Origin: a virus
Taxonomy: Duplodnaviria > Caudoviricetes
DNA: 64,000 bases
Reading direction: 5' to 3' (one strand)
Virus record (IMG/VR): IMGVR_UViG_3300021387_000796
Span: 154,067-218,066 of that record
Shown: piece after piece, positions 48,665 through 58,685 of the stretch
How the letters are laid out: each line of letters starts with the position of its first letter
Position numbering within the stretch: position 1 is the stretch's first letter
Program-made: the position numbers and the translations under genes
The notes under the pieces: generated by a model
The model's input: only the letters and a program-made list of their open reading frames with translations
What the model was told of the DNA's origin: nothing
Databases searched by the model: none

Positions 48665-49399
48665 TTTTTCTTCTCCTATAGAATCATCACTTTCTTTTTC
48701 AACGGCTTTATCGTTTTGCGTATTTTCCGTTGATTCCGTGATATTCTGTTTATCTAAAATAGTTAAATTTTCATTCAACCCTTCATTTGAAATTTCTGTA
48801 AAACCACATCCTTCATCAGAATGTTTCTCAATTTTATTAGAATAATGATAAATTCCATTACTCGGACAATCAACAATATCCATAAGACGTTCAACTTCAA
48901 AATTTTCATTTAAAATTACATACCCGTCATCATCCAATTCACCAAGCACACTACTTGAAACACAAAGATTTCCGCCTAAATCAAACACCGAAGAAAATCG
49001 TCTACCATCTTCGCAATCAGCAGGATACCAATCTACACACATCCAGTTATCAATCATTCGAACATTTTTAGCAACACCATTAACTTTACCCATATCCACT
49101 TCATTTTCTGGGTGATTTGTCAACGATATAGTTGGTCGATTTTCTTTAACGACATAATCTATAACATCTGAATAATTTCTGCCGTTACCATTTCTTCCAC
49201 TAAAATCTCTAGGTTTAAGGTCTTTTGCCCACACCATAAAAGTATAGTGTTTTTTAGTATTTACTTCTTTTCCCTCAATAATTATTTTTTCTTCTTTTAT
49301 TTCTTGTTTGAGGGGAATAGCATTCATTTTTTCATGAATACGATATCTACCATCTGCTAATTTCTCACATCCTTCATATATTTTTTTATTTTCATTCAT
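47672..49399 (-). CDS. Prohead protease (gp21-like) fused to a coiled-coil scaffold
   Basis: NGNGRNY, TNHPE, VSSSVLG, DIVDCPS catalytic motifs; C-terminal long acidic coiled coil. Confidence 0.85.
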   Translation of the reverse strand: MNENKKIYEGCEKLADGRYRIHEKMNAIPLKQEIKEEKIIIEGKEVNTKKHYTFMVWAKDLKPRDFSGRNGNGRNYSDVIDYVVKENRPTISLTNHPENEVDMGKVNGVAKNVRMIDNWMCVDWYPADCEDGRRFSSVFDLGGNLCVSSSVLGELDDDGYVILNENFEVERLMDIVDCPSNGIYHYSNKIEKHSDEGCGFTEISNEGLNENLTILDKQNITESTENTQNDKAVEKESDDSIGEEKMPENTNDELIQQSMMLNIKSMIKDAENMDSPFDKKDALAMADSFAKKLTDDTLHVEICKKIEDTDNEIKELSAKGLQTDDLTNKCKALEDENKKVSDELEALKAEKADIEEKLKTVTNMYEEEQYKCSQSELDKTEELEEKNHRLSKELCSLKAKNRNLEGMMRRNRRVLESKMNKLEAEANTLVDADVVVDCKKKIKKLEGENADLCKKIEDLEDTIASMKKANDAIDAEANVEEILALKRAVEQLTAKNNRLRRALNEAKAEKEEVKKTRFSTLKKEMDEDDEVIVDDELINDEVDNVVVDDGQVVVAEEDDDSDDELMERMLRGEVK

Positions 49400-49444
49400 A
49401 CAAATATCCTCTTATTAAAAACAAGATAATATAGATAGTTAATT

Positions 49445-51061
49445 TTATTTCTCATCTTCATGTTTCTTTCTAAATGATTTCATATAATCCTTTCCATATT
49501 TATCTTTCACATATTTCAAATAAGGTTTTACATCGTTTTCCATTAAAATTAAAACATCATTTTCTTTCATACATTCGTATTTTGCTTGACTTCTACCATC
49601 ATCTTTGAAAACATTCTTTACTAAAATATGGTCGCCTTTTATTTCTACCAATCTATCATAAACCTTAAAATCAACTTTATAATAATGAGTTTTGTCATTC
49701 CAAATATAAGGAATAGAAATAGTATGATATTCAAAGGGAATACTGTTATCTTTAAGATAAATGTAATAAGCAAGTTCCCAAGATGAATCAAATTCTTCAT
49801 TGTCGTAATAATAACAAGTTCTGTGATTTCTTCTAGTTTTAGGATTTTGTGAAGGGTGATAATAACATGTATGTTCAAAATAAGTTTGTTTCATCTTTTC
49901 TTGACTTTCTTTGGTTTGAGTGTTGTGCAAACCACCATGATTTTTCCTATTAGTTTCCATTGATTTTTTAGTTAATTTTTCACGATAATCATTTCCATAC
50001 AATTCTCTACATGTTTCATCCGCTTTATTCCAAAATTTCTTACCATAATCATCACCATATAATTTTCTTTTAGTTTTATCTCCTTTATCTGCAAATTTAC
50101 TTACATAATCTTCACCGTATTTTTCAATTTTAGTTTTCTTAGATTTATCATCAAATTTTAATTCACTGTTTTCATTTTTAGTGGCATTGTATTCAGCAAG
50201 ACGTTCTTTGTATGTAGCAACTCTTTTAGCAAGCAAATTTTTATCATGTGAATTGTGGTCAACTCCATATTTATTTAACATTCCTTGCTTCAATCGTTCT
50301 CTATCTTTAAGCGGATTATCAAAACCAATAGAATCCATTGTAGTAATTTTCTTTTTCTCTTTAACCCAATCAAGTTTAGAACAATTATCTACTCCGTGTT
50401 TTTCAATCATTCCATTTTGCATATTTAATAATGTATTTTCTTTCTCTTCTTCAGTATAATTTTTCCATCTTTCTTTACCTATATTACGCATGTGATTAGC
50501 ATAACCACCTTCGTCTTTATAATGTTCTTCTTTATTTTTATTTTGTTTATCTATACATTCGAGTGTATGGGAATTTTTAACCGCTTTATCTTTAACATCT
50601 TTTCTCAGAAAAACATTTTTAACCCCATACATTTTTACACAAGTCTTTTCATAAAAATATGTTTTCGAATTAGGATGTTCCTCGATAAATTTTTGTATCT
50701 GTTTTAATTCATCTTCAGTATATCTAGTAGATTGATAATATGTTACACCTTTTAATTGTAAATCTTTAATTATATTTTCAACAGAACCATTAGCAATCTT
50801 GCATATTTTATGAATATCATTTATTGAATATAAACTTTCAAAATATTTTTTAAATACAACACATTCTTTAATTTTATTTACATCTTTTTCATCATATAAC
50901 TTAACCTTATCTGATTTACTAATTAAATTTAATTTGTCAATTAATGTTTCTGTAACACTTCTGCTTATATCACATAAATTCATTATTTCGAAAATTCTAA
51001 ATAACTTTTCTTGATTTTCTTCTTTTAATTCAATACTATTCTTCATACACATAATGTACAC
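49445..51061 (-). CDS. Free-standing PD-(D/E)xK endonuclease-like protein with KYG repeats
   Basis: KMYGV/KHGV/KYGV repeats; FDSSWE..YKVDF..VEIKG; paralogue of 38161..39363. Confidence 0.75.
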   Translation of the reverse strand: MYIMCMKNSIELKEENQEKLFRIFEIMNLCDISRSVTETLIDKLNLISKSDKVKLYDEKDVNKIKECVVFKKYFESLYSINDIHKICKIANGSVENIIKDLQLKGVTYYQSTRYTEDELKQIQKFIEEHPNSKTYFYEKTCVKMYGVKNVFLRKDVKDKAVKNSHTLECIDKQNKNKEEHYKDEGGYANHMRNIGKERWKNYTEEEKENTLLNMQNGMIEKHGVDNCSKLDWVKEKKKITTMDSIGFDNPLKDRERLKQGMLNKYGVDHNSHDKNLLAKRVATYKERLAEYNATKNENSELKFDDKSKKTKIEKYGEDYVSKFADKGDKTKRKLYGDDYGKKFWNKADETCRELYGNDYREKLTKKSMETNRKNHGGLHNTQTKESQEKMKQTYFEHTCYYHPSQNPKTRRNHRTCYYYDNEEFDSSWELAYYIYLKDNSIPFEYHTISIPYIWNDKTHYYKVDFKVYDRLVEIKGDHILVKNVFKDDGRSQAKYECMKENDVLILMENDVKPYLKYVKDKYGKDYMKSFRKKHEDEK

Positions 51062-51139
51062 CTCTTAATATCATTTTGTCTAGAGTATGATGAATATTTC
51101 TGAACGACTATCAATTAATCAAACAAACCATATCGTCAA

Positions 51140-51742
51140 TTAAATTACATTTTCTGCTTTTTGTTTTGTTTGTTGTGTTTTTGTATAAACTCTTTGTGTG
51201 GCGATTGTAACAGAAAAAGTTTTTCTATCTCCACCTTCTTCATCAGCGGATATTTCAGCAATACTTTTAGGCAAACATTTTACCATTTTATAATGAGCAA
51301 TTGTTTTAATATCGTTATACAATTGACGAAAATATTTTACTTCAATTGATTTTGTTTCATATCTCCAATTAGGTAGTAAAGCCATCGTATCCTCATTATA
51401 TACTGTGTGCAACCAATCAGAAAAAAATCCTAAGCACGAACCTTTTAAATCATCATAAAATGTAATCGTTACATCATCATATGCTGATTTTTCTTTAAAT
51501 TTCATTAAACCGAAATTAGTATTTTCATAGTCTAACGATAGTTGAGGAATAGAAACAGATTGAACATAAGCATCGAATCCCAAAGGCATGTATTTACCAA
51601 CGTTTACACTATTCGCTTTTTGATTGCCTCTATTATCAAGCGTACCTTTATCGTCTACTATATCACAAGTCCAATATCCCTCTAATTCATATTCAGGCAA
51701 CATTCTTTGCCAAAAAGGATTTCCTATTCCAAAACTAGCCAT
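51140..51742 (-). CDS. Tail tube-like protein (gp19/gp54 family)
   Basis: VQSVSIP, YDDVTITFYDD, FFSDW, CLPKSI..FSVT motifs. Confidence 0.7.
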   Translation of the reverse strand: MASFGIGNPFWQRMLPEYELEGYWTCDIVDDKGTLDNRGNQKANSVNVGKYMPLGFDAYVQSVSIPQLSLDYENTNFGLMKFKEKSAYDDVTITFYDDLKGSCLGFFSDWLHTVYNEDTMALLPNWRYETKSIEVKYFRQLYNDIKTIAHYKMVKCLPKSIAEISADEEGGDRKTFSVTIATQRVYTKTQQTKQKAENVI

Positions 51743-51780
51743 ATACACCTCATGAAAAAAATGCTAGTTTAAATAGTAAT

Positions 51781-52206
51781 TTAATCCTCAAATAATTCTG
51801 TCTTTTGAACTTTTTCCTTACTTTTCTTTGTTAATTGTTTTTTAATTGATTTTTGTAATGTTTTTATTTTTGACCCATATCTTAAAGAAATATCCCTTTC
51901 ATACGGAATCATTTCTTCAATTTTTTTCCACGAAAAGTGCATTACTTCTTTATAATAAAAGACCAACGAAAGTGTGACCGAAGATTTAAATTCTTCGACC
52001 GTAGGAAAATCAATACACATTCCACCAAAAGCATTCAATATTTGTGAAAACTTATCGTTATCATCTACAATAGAATAGAGAATTTCTACTTTCTCTCCAA
52101 AGTTTTCAAACAATATAATTTTTAAAAGAGAAGTTACATTATTTATACTTTCATCAATTTCCGTGTATTCTTTCTTTAATATTTCTTCAACATTATTCTT
52201 CGCCAT
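51781..52206 (-). CDS. Mor/C-like transcription activator
   Basis: ILNAFGGMCIDFP motif plus C-terminal helix-turn-helix-like region. Confidence 0.55.
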   Translation of the reverse strand: MAKNNVEEILKKEYTEIDESINNVTSLLKIILFENFGEKVEILYSIVDDNDKFSQILNAFGGMCIDFPTVEEFKSSVTLSLVFYYKEVMHFSWKKIEEMIPYERDISLRYGSKIKTLQKSIKKQLTKKSKEKVQKTELFED

Positions 52207-53020
52207 TTGCATAATCCACTAGCATCTGTTTATACAATTCTTTACTCTTTTCAAATTTTTTTACTAACGAGTAATCCATAGAATTAATTATATCTTCTAC
52301 TATTTTTTCATTGCATCGGTTGTATATAAAAAATTTATATAATTCTGCCATATCGTATGAATTTCTAAATTCTTTATTTGTATTTTTAGATTTTTCATTA
52401 TTATATAAAGCGTTAATTGCTTGATTTATAAACTCTAACGATTTAGTTGTCAGATAATTTTGATTTACTTCATAATCAATGTTTTTTTCAACTTCGCTAA
52501 TTTCACCATCATCCGTTTTACTCAAGTAATCATTTAATTCTTTTGCGTTTTTATCATCGGTATTACCGAATTTTGGAATATGAATAGATATTTCTGTTTT
52601 TTGTCTTTCTTGTTCATCTTTATTATAAAGAGGAAATAAAACTAACTGACCGATGTATTTATTAAAAGATGTTGTAACTTTAAAATCAGCCTTTTCTTTA
52701 TAATATTTTGCTAATTTTTCAAGTGTCCACTGAACTTTATCCCAGATATCATCCCATTGTTCATGAGACGATTTTATTTTAAGTTTGTGACAAATAACAT
52801 TAAATGTCATTTGATTTAACAATTTAAACAATTTATTAAAATTTTTTTCATTTCTATCAGCCAAATATTCATCTTGCGCTATAGACAACATTGCTTCATC
52901 TTTTGGTTTTTCAGGATATAAACTTCCGCATTTAGGACATTTAGGTACAAAATTAATACTACTATAAATCTGATAAGGTACTTCGTGTCCACAATTCCAA
53001 CAATTTTTTATCTTACTCAT
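52193..53020 (-). CDS. Zn-ribbon protein with possible sigma-factor-like domain
   Basis: CWNC..CPKC, then a helical region (FNKLFKLL..SFNKYI) resembling sigma region 2; overlaps the Mor-like gene. Confidence 0.4.
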   Translation of the reverse strand: MSKIKNCWNCGHEVPYQIYSSINFVPKCPKCGSLYPEKPKDEAMLSIAQDEYLADRNEKNFNKLFKLLNQMTFNVICHKLKIKSSHEQWDDIWDKVQWTLEKLAKYYKEKADFKVTTSFNKYIGQLVLFPLYNKDEQERQKTEISIHIPKFGNTDDKNAKELNDYLSKTDDGEISEVEKNIDYEVNQNYLTTKSLEFINQAINALYNNEKSKNTNKEFRNSYDMAELYKFFIYNRCNEKIVEDIINSMDYSLVKKFEKSKELYKQMLVDYANGEE

Positions 53021-53100
53021 AAATAAAAACATCCTCCGCAAAAATATAGGATAATTCTATATTTTTGTAGAGGACTTTTCAATACCTTGAATTTTTATGA

Positions 53101-53289
53101 TTAACCTAATCGATTGTCATAGACCAATGCTTCATCTAGGTAGCAACCATTAACTTCAATTCCTTCATCGATAATTTTTACAAGACCATCATCATCAGTC
53201 TTTGCCCATTTCAATGCTTCTGACCAAAGAATATTCTTTGCCTTATATTTAGAATCCGTAGGAATCACAATCAACTGTTTTTCTCGCAT
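53101..53289 (-). CDS. Hypothetical protein
   Basis: GGAGG RBS. Confidence 0.65.
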   Translation of the reverse strand: MREKQLIVIPTDSKYKAKNILWSEALKWAKTDDDGLVKIIDEGIEVNGCYLDEALVYDNRLG

Positions 53290-53357
53290 ATTTTTCCTCC
53301 ATATTTAACTATATTTTACTTTATTAAATCGATATAAATCAATAGATTTTGAAAAAT

Positions 53358-54689
53358 TTACACCAAATTTTTTATAGTAACCACACTCGTATATGGTTGA
53401 ATAATAAAATCATTATAGATTTCGAGTTCCTTATCCAAAACATATTTCTCATTAGGATTGTAATTCTGCAAATCTATACCAATTCCTTCTAAACTTCCGT
53501 CATCATTAATCAAGAAAATATTCTGAACTGCTCTTGTAACAAATCCACAATCATTAGAAGTCCAAGCGTCACCACCTTTCATAGTACCACACATTTGCAA
53601 GAATGAACTTAATCGACTTATATGGTAATGACCAATAAACATCGCATCAATTCTGATATTTCTGTGAGCATAATCTTGAAGAATATTTCCTACAGTCTTA
53701 TCGTTCGGAATACCTTTCAAAATATGTCCATGTGTAATCAAAGCATTAAATGTTTTATCTTTACCAATCGGAATTTCAACAACACTCTGAATAATATTAT
53801 TCGGCATTATAAACTTGATATTTTTATTTTTATCACCAAAGAGCATTTTAAGTGTATTCCAAATCATCCAATCCCAATTTTCAGACGCAATTACTGGAAG
53901 AGAACTCATCGAATTGCCACCCATATCTGCTATGCTAGAAATTCTTGATTCATTTCCTGCTACAAAAGTGACATTAAGTTTAAATGATTTGCTAAGTTCA
54001 ACAAAAACCTTACTCAAAAGGCTCACTAAAATCATAGAGGCGTTTACACTAGAAGTCATTAAAGCCATCTTTTTATCGATACGTCTACATTCTCCAACAA
54101 AATCACCCAAACAGAACACATAAAGTTCCTTGACTCCTTCGTTCTTGAATATCTTTATGGCACGACTAATATACTTTCGCATACGACAACAAAGAACATT
54201 CAAATCCCAAGCGTTGCCATTAGCATAAGACGGTGTAATAATTTCATTGATATGTAAATCTGAAAGACACAGAATACCTTTTTTATCTGTATTCTTTGTT
54301 TTAATTTCTTTTACAGAAGAAAGATTACTAAAATATTTATCACTGTAATTTTTTAGATTTTCATCAAGAGTAGCGCACATTTCTTCAAGCAAATTATACT
54401 GTCTGTAATTCTCTCGATTAACTTTTCTTAAATAATTGTTTTTGTCGGTTATTCTCTGTTTGTTCGCTTCAAGTTTGATGACTTCATCTTCAAGTTCTTC
54501 ACCTTCAATTTCATCATCAGCAACCATTTCAGAATAACACTGTCTTACTGCTCTTGTGTATGAACCTTCTCTCCAATTAAATGAGTCCGTTTCTGCTTGA
54601 AACTGCGGAAACATATCATAAACTTCTGATTTTGAATAATTATTTTCCCTTAAACGGTTTTTAATCCAATCGATTTTTGTATCAGCCAC
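53358..54689 (-). CDS. Calcineurin-like metallophosphoesterase
   Basis: SDLH, LGD, GNE, THGH, GHYH motifs. Confidence 0.85.
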   Translation of the reverse strand: MADTKIDWIKNRLRENNYSKSEVYDMFPQFQAETDSFNWREGSYTRAVRQCYSEMVADDEIEGEELEDEVIKLEANKQRITDKNNYLRKVNRENYRQYNLLEEMCATLDENLKNYSDKYFSNLSSVKEIKTKNTDKKGILCLSDLHINEIITPSYANGNAWDLNVLCCRMRKYISRAIKIFKNEGVKELYVFCLGDFVGECRRIDKKMALMTSSVNASMILVSLLSKVFVELSKSFKLNVTFVAGNESRISSIADMGGNSMSSLPVIASENWDWMIWNTLKMLFGDKNKNIKFIMPNNIIQSVVEIPIGKDKTFNALITHGHILKGIPNDKTVGNILQDYAHRNIRIDAMFIGHYHISRLSSFLQMCGTMKGGDAWTSNDCGFVTRAVQNIFLINDDGSLEGIGIDLQNYNPNEKYVLDKELEIYNDFIIQPYTSVVTIKNLV

Positions 54690-54835
54690 CTTTCACTTCT
54701 CCACAATAAATATTTTATGTGAAAATGCTAACAAATTATAAAAACAAAATCAATACTTTTTATATAAAAAATAATCCGCCCATTTTTTGAGCGGATTAAA
54801 TTCAATTTTATCATAAATTTCTTAATTTTCTTTCA

Positions 54836-55036
54836 TCACTCCTCATCCCAAGGGTCATCAAGATGTCTTTCTGAATATGAAACAGAACCACAACAAGGAC
54901 ATTTGATTTCATCACTATCTTTGGATTCCACACAATGATGAACAGAATCTAAAAGATGTAAAGTAAACGAAGTTCCAAAATCATCAACTTCATAATCACA
55001 ACCACAATTATTACAAGTCAAATCTCTAATAAGCAT
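54836..55036 (-). CDS. Small zinc-ribbon protein
   Basis: CNNC..CPCC; GGAGG RBS. Confidence 0.7.
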   Translation of the reverse strand: MLIRDLTCNNCGCDYEVDDFGTSFTLHLLDSVHHCVESKDSDEIKCPCCGSVSYSERHLDDPWDEE

Positions 55037-55292
55037 AGTTTAATCCTCCACTTTGAAAGAATTATTTTCTTTACGCTAAGATGATGTGAAAAACAAAACC
55101 CTCTTTAATTTATGAGGAAGTTTGTTTTTCAACGCACCTTTGCAACAATATGAATTTTTAAGTTTCTTTTTCTTGTTTTCACTTGACATAAGTTCTAATC
55201 TCCTTACATTCATAAATATATCAAATTATATTTATTTTGTCAAGGGAAATTATTATAAAGTTTCAACTATTTTTGTATGGAGATTTTATTAT

Positions 55293-55574
55293 ATGACAAA
55301 ACAAGAATATTTTTGGGATATTTATAAAGACAAAAGATTAGGTGACAGAGAAGTTAAAGTTGAAGCAATTTGGGATAAGAACGGAAAAGAACTTTATAAT
55401 GGTGCAAAAGCAAAATTAGATGTTCCTTGGGGAGATGGATTTGAAATTGGGAAAATCGTAATTAATAGTTTTGTTACCGATGATTATGAATATGAATATT
55501 CTTACGGATTCAAACCAAAGAAAGGTTCTACATTATATATTGAAGAGGATGGAAGTAACGTAGAATTAATTTAA
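55293..55574 (+). CDS. Hypothetical protein (YopX-like C-terminal motif)
   Basis: DKNGKELYNG motif; GGAG RBS and CAACTATTT upstream. Confidence 0.6.
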   Translation: MTKQEYFWDIYKDKRLGDREVKVEAIWDKNGKELYNGAKAKLDVPWGDGFEIGKIVINSFVTDDYEYEYSYGFKPKKGSTLYIEEDGSNVELI

Positions 55575-55633
55575 TTTTTTGTAAAGTTTTTTTATCTGTT
55601 CACCGATAATTAAAATATAAGGAGAACAAACAT

Positions 55634-55774
55634 ATGAAAAACAATTCAAAATTATTAAACGAAATCTGCAAGGAAGTGATTTTTGAAATGGTGGAAAATG
55701 GATTTTATGAAAGCAATCTTTCTGAAAGACAGTTGAAGAAACTGAAAGAAATTAAGGAAAGAAACGAAAAATAA
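55634..55774 (+). CDS. Small hypothetical protein (46 aa)
   Basis: AAGGAG RBS, followed by hairpin AAAGCGGAAC/GTTCCGCTTT. Confidence 0.6.
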   Translation: MKNNSKLLNEICKEVIFEMVENGFYESNLSERQLKKLKEIKERNEK

Positions 55775-55829
55775 AAAGAAAGCGGAACTGAAATATGTTC
55801 CGCTTTTATAATTAATCAAAATTCAAATC

Positions 55830-57512
55830 TTAAAAATCTGTATCAAATCCATGAATTAATTGTTTGCCAAGTTCAGCAATTTCATCAATCAATTTTTCAT
55901 CTAAATCCGATTTAAGAAGATTTCGTTTTAATCCTTTAGCACTATAAATATCCCACATCAAATAATTATCATTATCCACCCAAACGATAAAATCTTCAAC
56001 ATGAGTATCAAAAATTACCTTATGATTTATACCATTTGAATCTTCACAAATACCGCTATTGCTTTTATTTGCTCTTGGTTTTTTATACCCACCTTCACCT
56101 TTTCCGACAAACTGTTCTTTCAATGATTTCTTTTCATTAAATCTTTTTCCTTGCAACATAGAAATGATTACATCAAACGCTTCGTTATCTGCACCAAATG
56201 AACCTCTATCTTCTTTAGGCTCAAGCATGTAAACATAACCACTTCCAAAATCAATTGTGAATGCCCACAAATTTCCATTCTTTTCTGTAACATCAATAAA
56301 GCAATCTTCATCATCAAAATAATATGTTACATCTGACCCTTTTACTTTGTTTCTGATTCTTTCTACACCATATTCAACATTATCTTCATGTAATGATGCT
56401 TTAGATTCTTTCATAGATTTCTTTGATTCAAAGACAACATCAAATGGATGATTCATATTTTCAATAACCAAATCTCTTACTTCTGATAAATATTTTGATT
56501 TTCCTTCATACATAAAATATTTTATTCTGATAATATTAAACTTTTCATTATCAGAAAGAGAATCCCATTCTCTAGGCGTATATTCAGCGATAAGGTCATC
56601 AACAATTCGATTCACCATAAGTTTAATATCAGAATTTAATGATTCTTTCAAACCTTTTCTTGTCGATTTCTTTGATTCATAAGCACGTTCAAATCCGTAT
56701 TCATCACTCCACACCAACTTCTTTTTACTTCCGCTAACATCAAAAATTTTATAAACTTCTGGTGATTCTTCAATAATATCAAGAATATCGTTATGTGTAA
56801 CATCATCAATATATTCTGACGGTGTATCATCAGCATATACAATTTTAATATCAATTCCTTCTTTCAATGATTTTCCACTAACAGATTTCTTTGATTCTAC
56901 TACTTTAATTCCCTTTGTTTTAAAAGCATTTTTAATTTTATCATTTGTAGAAAGATACTGCTTCACATATTCATTTATCTTTTCTTCAAACTGATAATCT
57001 CCAATATAATCAATACAAGCGTTTACAAATTCATCAAGAGTAATTTCTTCATTTCTATAAATTTTTTCCAATACTTTATGTAAAGTTTCTCCTTTTACAA
57101 ATGTTCTAGTAATCCAATTTGTAAAATTACATACCCCATTTAATAATCTCTGCCATTCCCAAATATTTGCAGTTATTTGATTAGATTCTTTTAAACTTTT
57201 TCTCCATTCCGTCAATTTTGCATTTTTCATAAAATATTTTATATCATCATAACTGTCGAATTGAATACCTTCAACTCCACCATTCGGATACATTGTACCA
57301 CTGATAAATCCGTCAGTTTCATCATCAACAGTAAATTCAATGTAAGGTTTATCGTACTTCAAATCGTCAATGTTTTTTTCTTTTCCATAAATAAAATCGA
57401 TAGTTGTAATACCATTCTTATATTTTGTAGGAACTTCACCGAGTTTATTCATGTTATATTTATGTTCTAAAACATCGATTAAATCTGCACCAAAAATTAT
57501 TTTATTTGCCAT
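55830..57512 (-). CDS. Modular polyprotein with repeated ESKKS/LKE linkers (putative internal head protein precursor)
   Basis: Five linkers separating unrelated modules; GATTTCTTTGATTC repeated at 56416, 56665 and 56884. Confidence 0.7.
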   Translation of the reverse strand: MANKIIFGADLIDVLEHKYNMNKLGEVPTKYKNGITTIDFIYGKEKNIDDLKYDKPYIEFTVDDETDGFISGTMYPNGGVEGIQFDSYDDIKYFMKNAKLTEWRKSLKESNQITANIWEWQRLLNGVCNFTNWITRTFVKGETLHKVLEKIYRNEEITLDEFVNACIDYIGDYQFEEKINEYVKQYLSTNDKIKNAFKTKGIKVVESKKSVSGKSLKEGIDIKIVYADDTPSEYIDDVTHNDILDIIEESPEVYKIFDVSGSKKKLVWSDEYGFERAYESKKSTRKGLKESLNSDIKLMVNRIVDDLIAEYTPREWDSLSDNEKFNIIRIKYFMYEGKSKYLSEVRDLVIENMNHPFDVVFESKKSMKESKASLHEDNVEYGVERIRNKVKGSDVTYYFDDEDCFIDVTEKNGNLWAFTIDFGSGYVYMLEPKEDRGSFGADNEAFDVIISMLQGKRFNEKKSLKEQFVGKGEGGYKKPRANKSNSGICEDSNGINHKVIFDTHVEDFIVWVDNDNYLMWDIYSAKGLKRNLLKSDLDEKLIDEIAELGKQLIHGFDTDF

Positions 57513-57525
57513 AATTAAATCTCTC

Positions 57526-57825
57526 CTATTTTATTTCTTTAAAAAGATAATCAATCAACGAATTATATAAATCGAACACAATTTCATATTCTGCTACACT
57601 TTCATTAGTTTCTTTATCAAACAAACGAAGAGTTAATCCGTTTACCAATGAAACATCCAAATCACAATCTTCATATTTATTTAATGCGTTTACTGTATTG
57701 ATAAACACAACTAAATCCATACCGTTGTAAGTCAAAGAATTTTTATATTCTTCATACTTTTCAATGTTGTACCATTTCTTTAATTCAAAGAAAATGTTGT
57801 CATCTCTATCGATATTAAAATTCAT
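57526..57825 (-). CDS. Hypothetical protein
   Basis: AGGAG RBS. Confidence 0.7.
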   Translation of the reverse strand: MNFNIDRDDNIFFELKKWYNIEKYEEYKNSLTYNGMDLVVFINTVNALNKYEDCDLDVSLVNGLTLRLFDKETNESVAEYEIVFDLYNSLIDYLFKEIK

Positions 57826-57840
57826 AATTTATTCTCCTAA

Positions 57841-58113
57841 TTAAAATAAATCTTTAATAGTTTCGACATATTCTTTCTTTGCAATATTAAATTGTGATTC
57901 ATCATATGTGGCAGTAATATCTTTTGCTTCATTGTTACTGCCCCAAATAATAGCATATCCTACAACATTCAAATCACCATGAAGTTCAGTCAATGCAATA
58001 AAATCATCATCTTCGTATGAATAATTAAGATTTATTAAAGATACGCCGAATTCTTCATAGTTATCAGCCATCTTAAAACTTATTTTATCCCAAGAAATAT
58101 TTTTAGTATTCAT
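57841..58113 (-). CDS. Hypothetical protein
   Basis: GAGG RBS, TAACTATTT upstream. Confidence 0.7.
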   Translation of the reverse strand: MNTKNISWDKISFKMADNYEEFGVSLINLNYSYEDDDFIALTELHGDLNVVGYAIIWGSNNEAKDITATYDESQFNIAKKEYVETIKDLF

Positions 58114-58312
58114 AAAATCCTCACTAGAATTAAATATGCTATAAATAGTTAAAACTTAGATTTAATCTCTAGGTCTTTTCGTTTAGAAGTTTGTTACAAA
58201 TACAGTATATAATTAATTATTTTTGTTTGTCAAGGAAAAATTATCACTTTTATAAATAAAAAAAAGACTTGATGTAAAATCAAGCCTTTTCAAGAAACAG
58301 TTTAATTAAAAA

Positions 58313-58639
58313 CTAATCTTTCTTTACCTTATCTACCGCAATACCGAAGATGATTGAAACAATAAGAATAACTGCACCTACGATTTCTGTGATTACTACA
58401 TCACTATAACCACCCAAAGTCAAAAGTACAGTTCCTGAGATTGTTGCACCAAGGAACAAATAACGCTTCCATCCAGTAAGTTCTGTCTTTTTTACTTGTT
58501 CAGCAATCGAAAGAGTTGCCCCGAAAACTACACTGATAATAGCACCGATTGTTACTAAAGGCACTTTTACTGTCAGTCCTACTACAGTTCCCAAAACAAT
58601 AAAGAGAACTCCAAGCAAATTTCTCCAAGAAAACTTCAT
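58313..58639 (-). CDS. Small 4-TM membrane protein (holin-like)
   Basis: Four hydrophobic segments, charged C-terminus, GGAGG RBS. Confidence 0.55.
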   Translation of the reverse strand: MKFSWRNLLGVLFIVLGTVVGLTVKVPLVTIGAIISVVFGATLSIAEQVKKTELTGWKRYLFLGATISGTVLLTLGGYSDVVITEIVGAVILIVSIIFGIAVDKVKKD

Positions 58640-58685
58640 AATATTTTCCTCCATATAAAATTAATTTCTTACTCTATAAATAGTT

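Noticed and set aside
12370-51061. Group I introns or inteins associated with the endonuclease genes
   Set aside because: The flanking genes appear complete and unrelated to each other, and no intein terminal motifs were seen in the helicases or portal; the endonucleases look free-standing.
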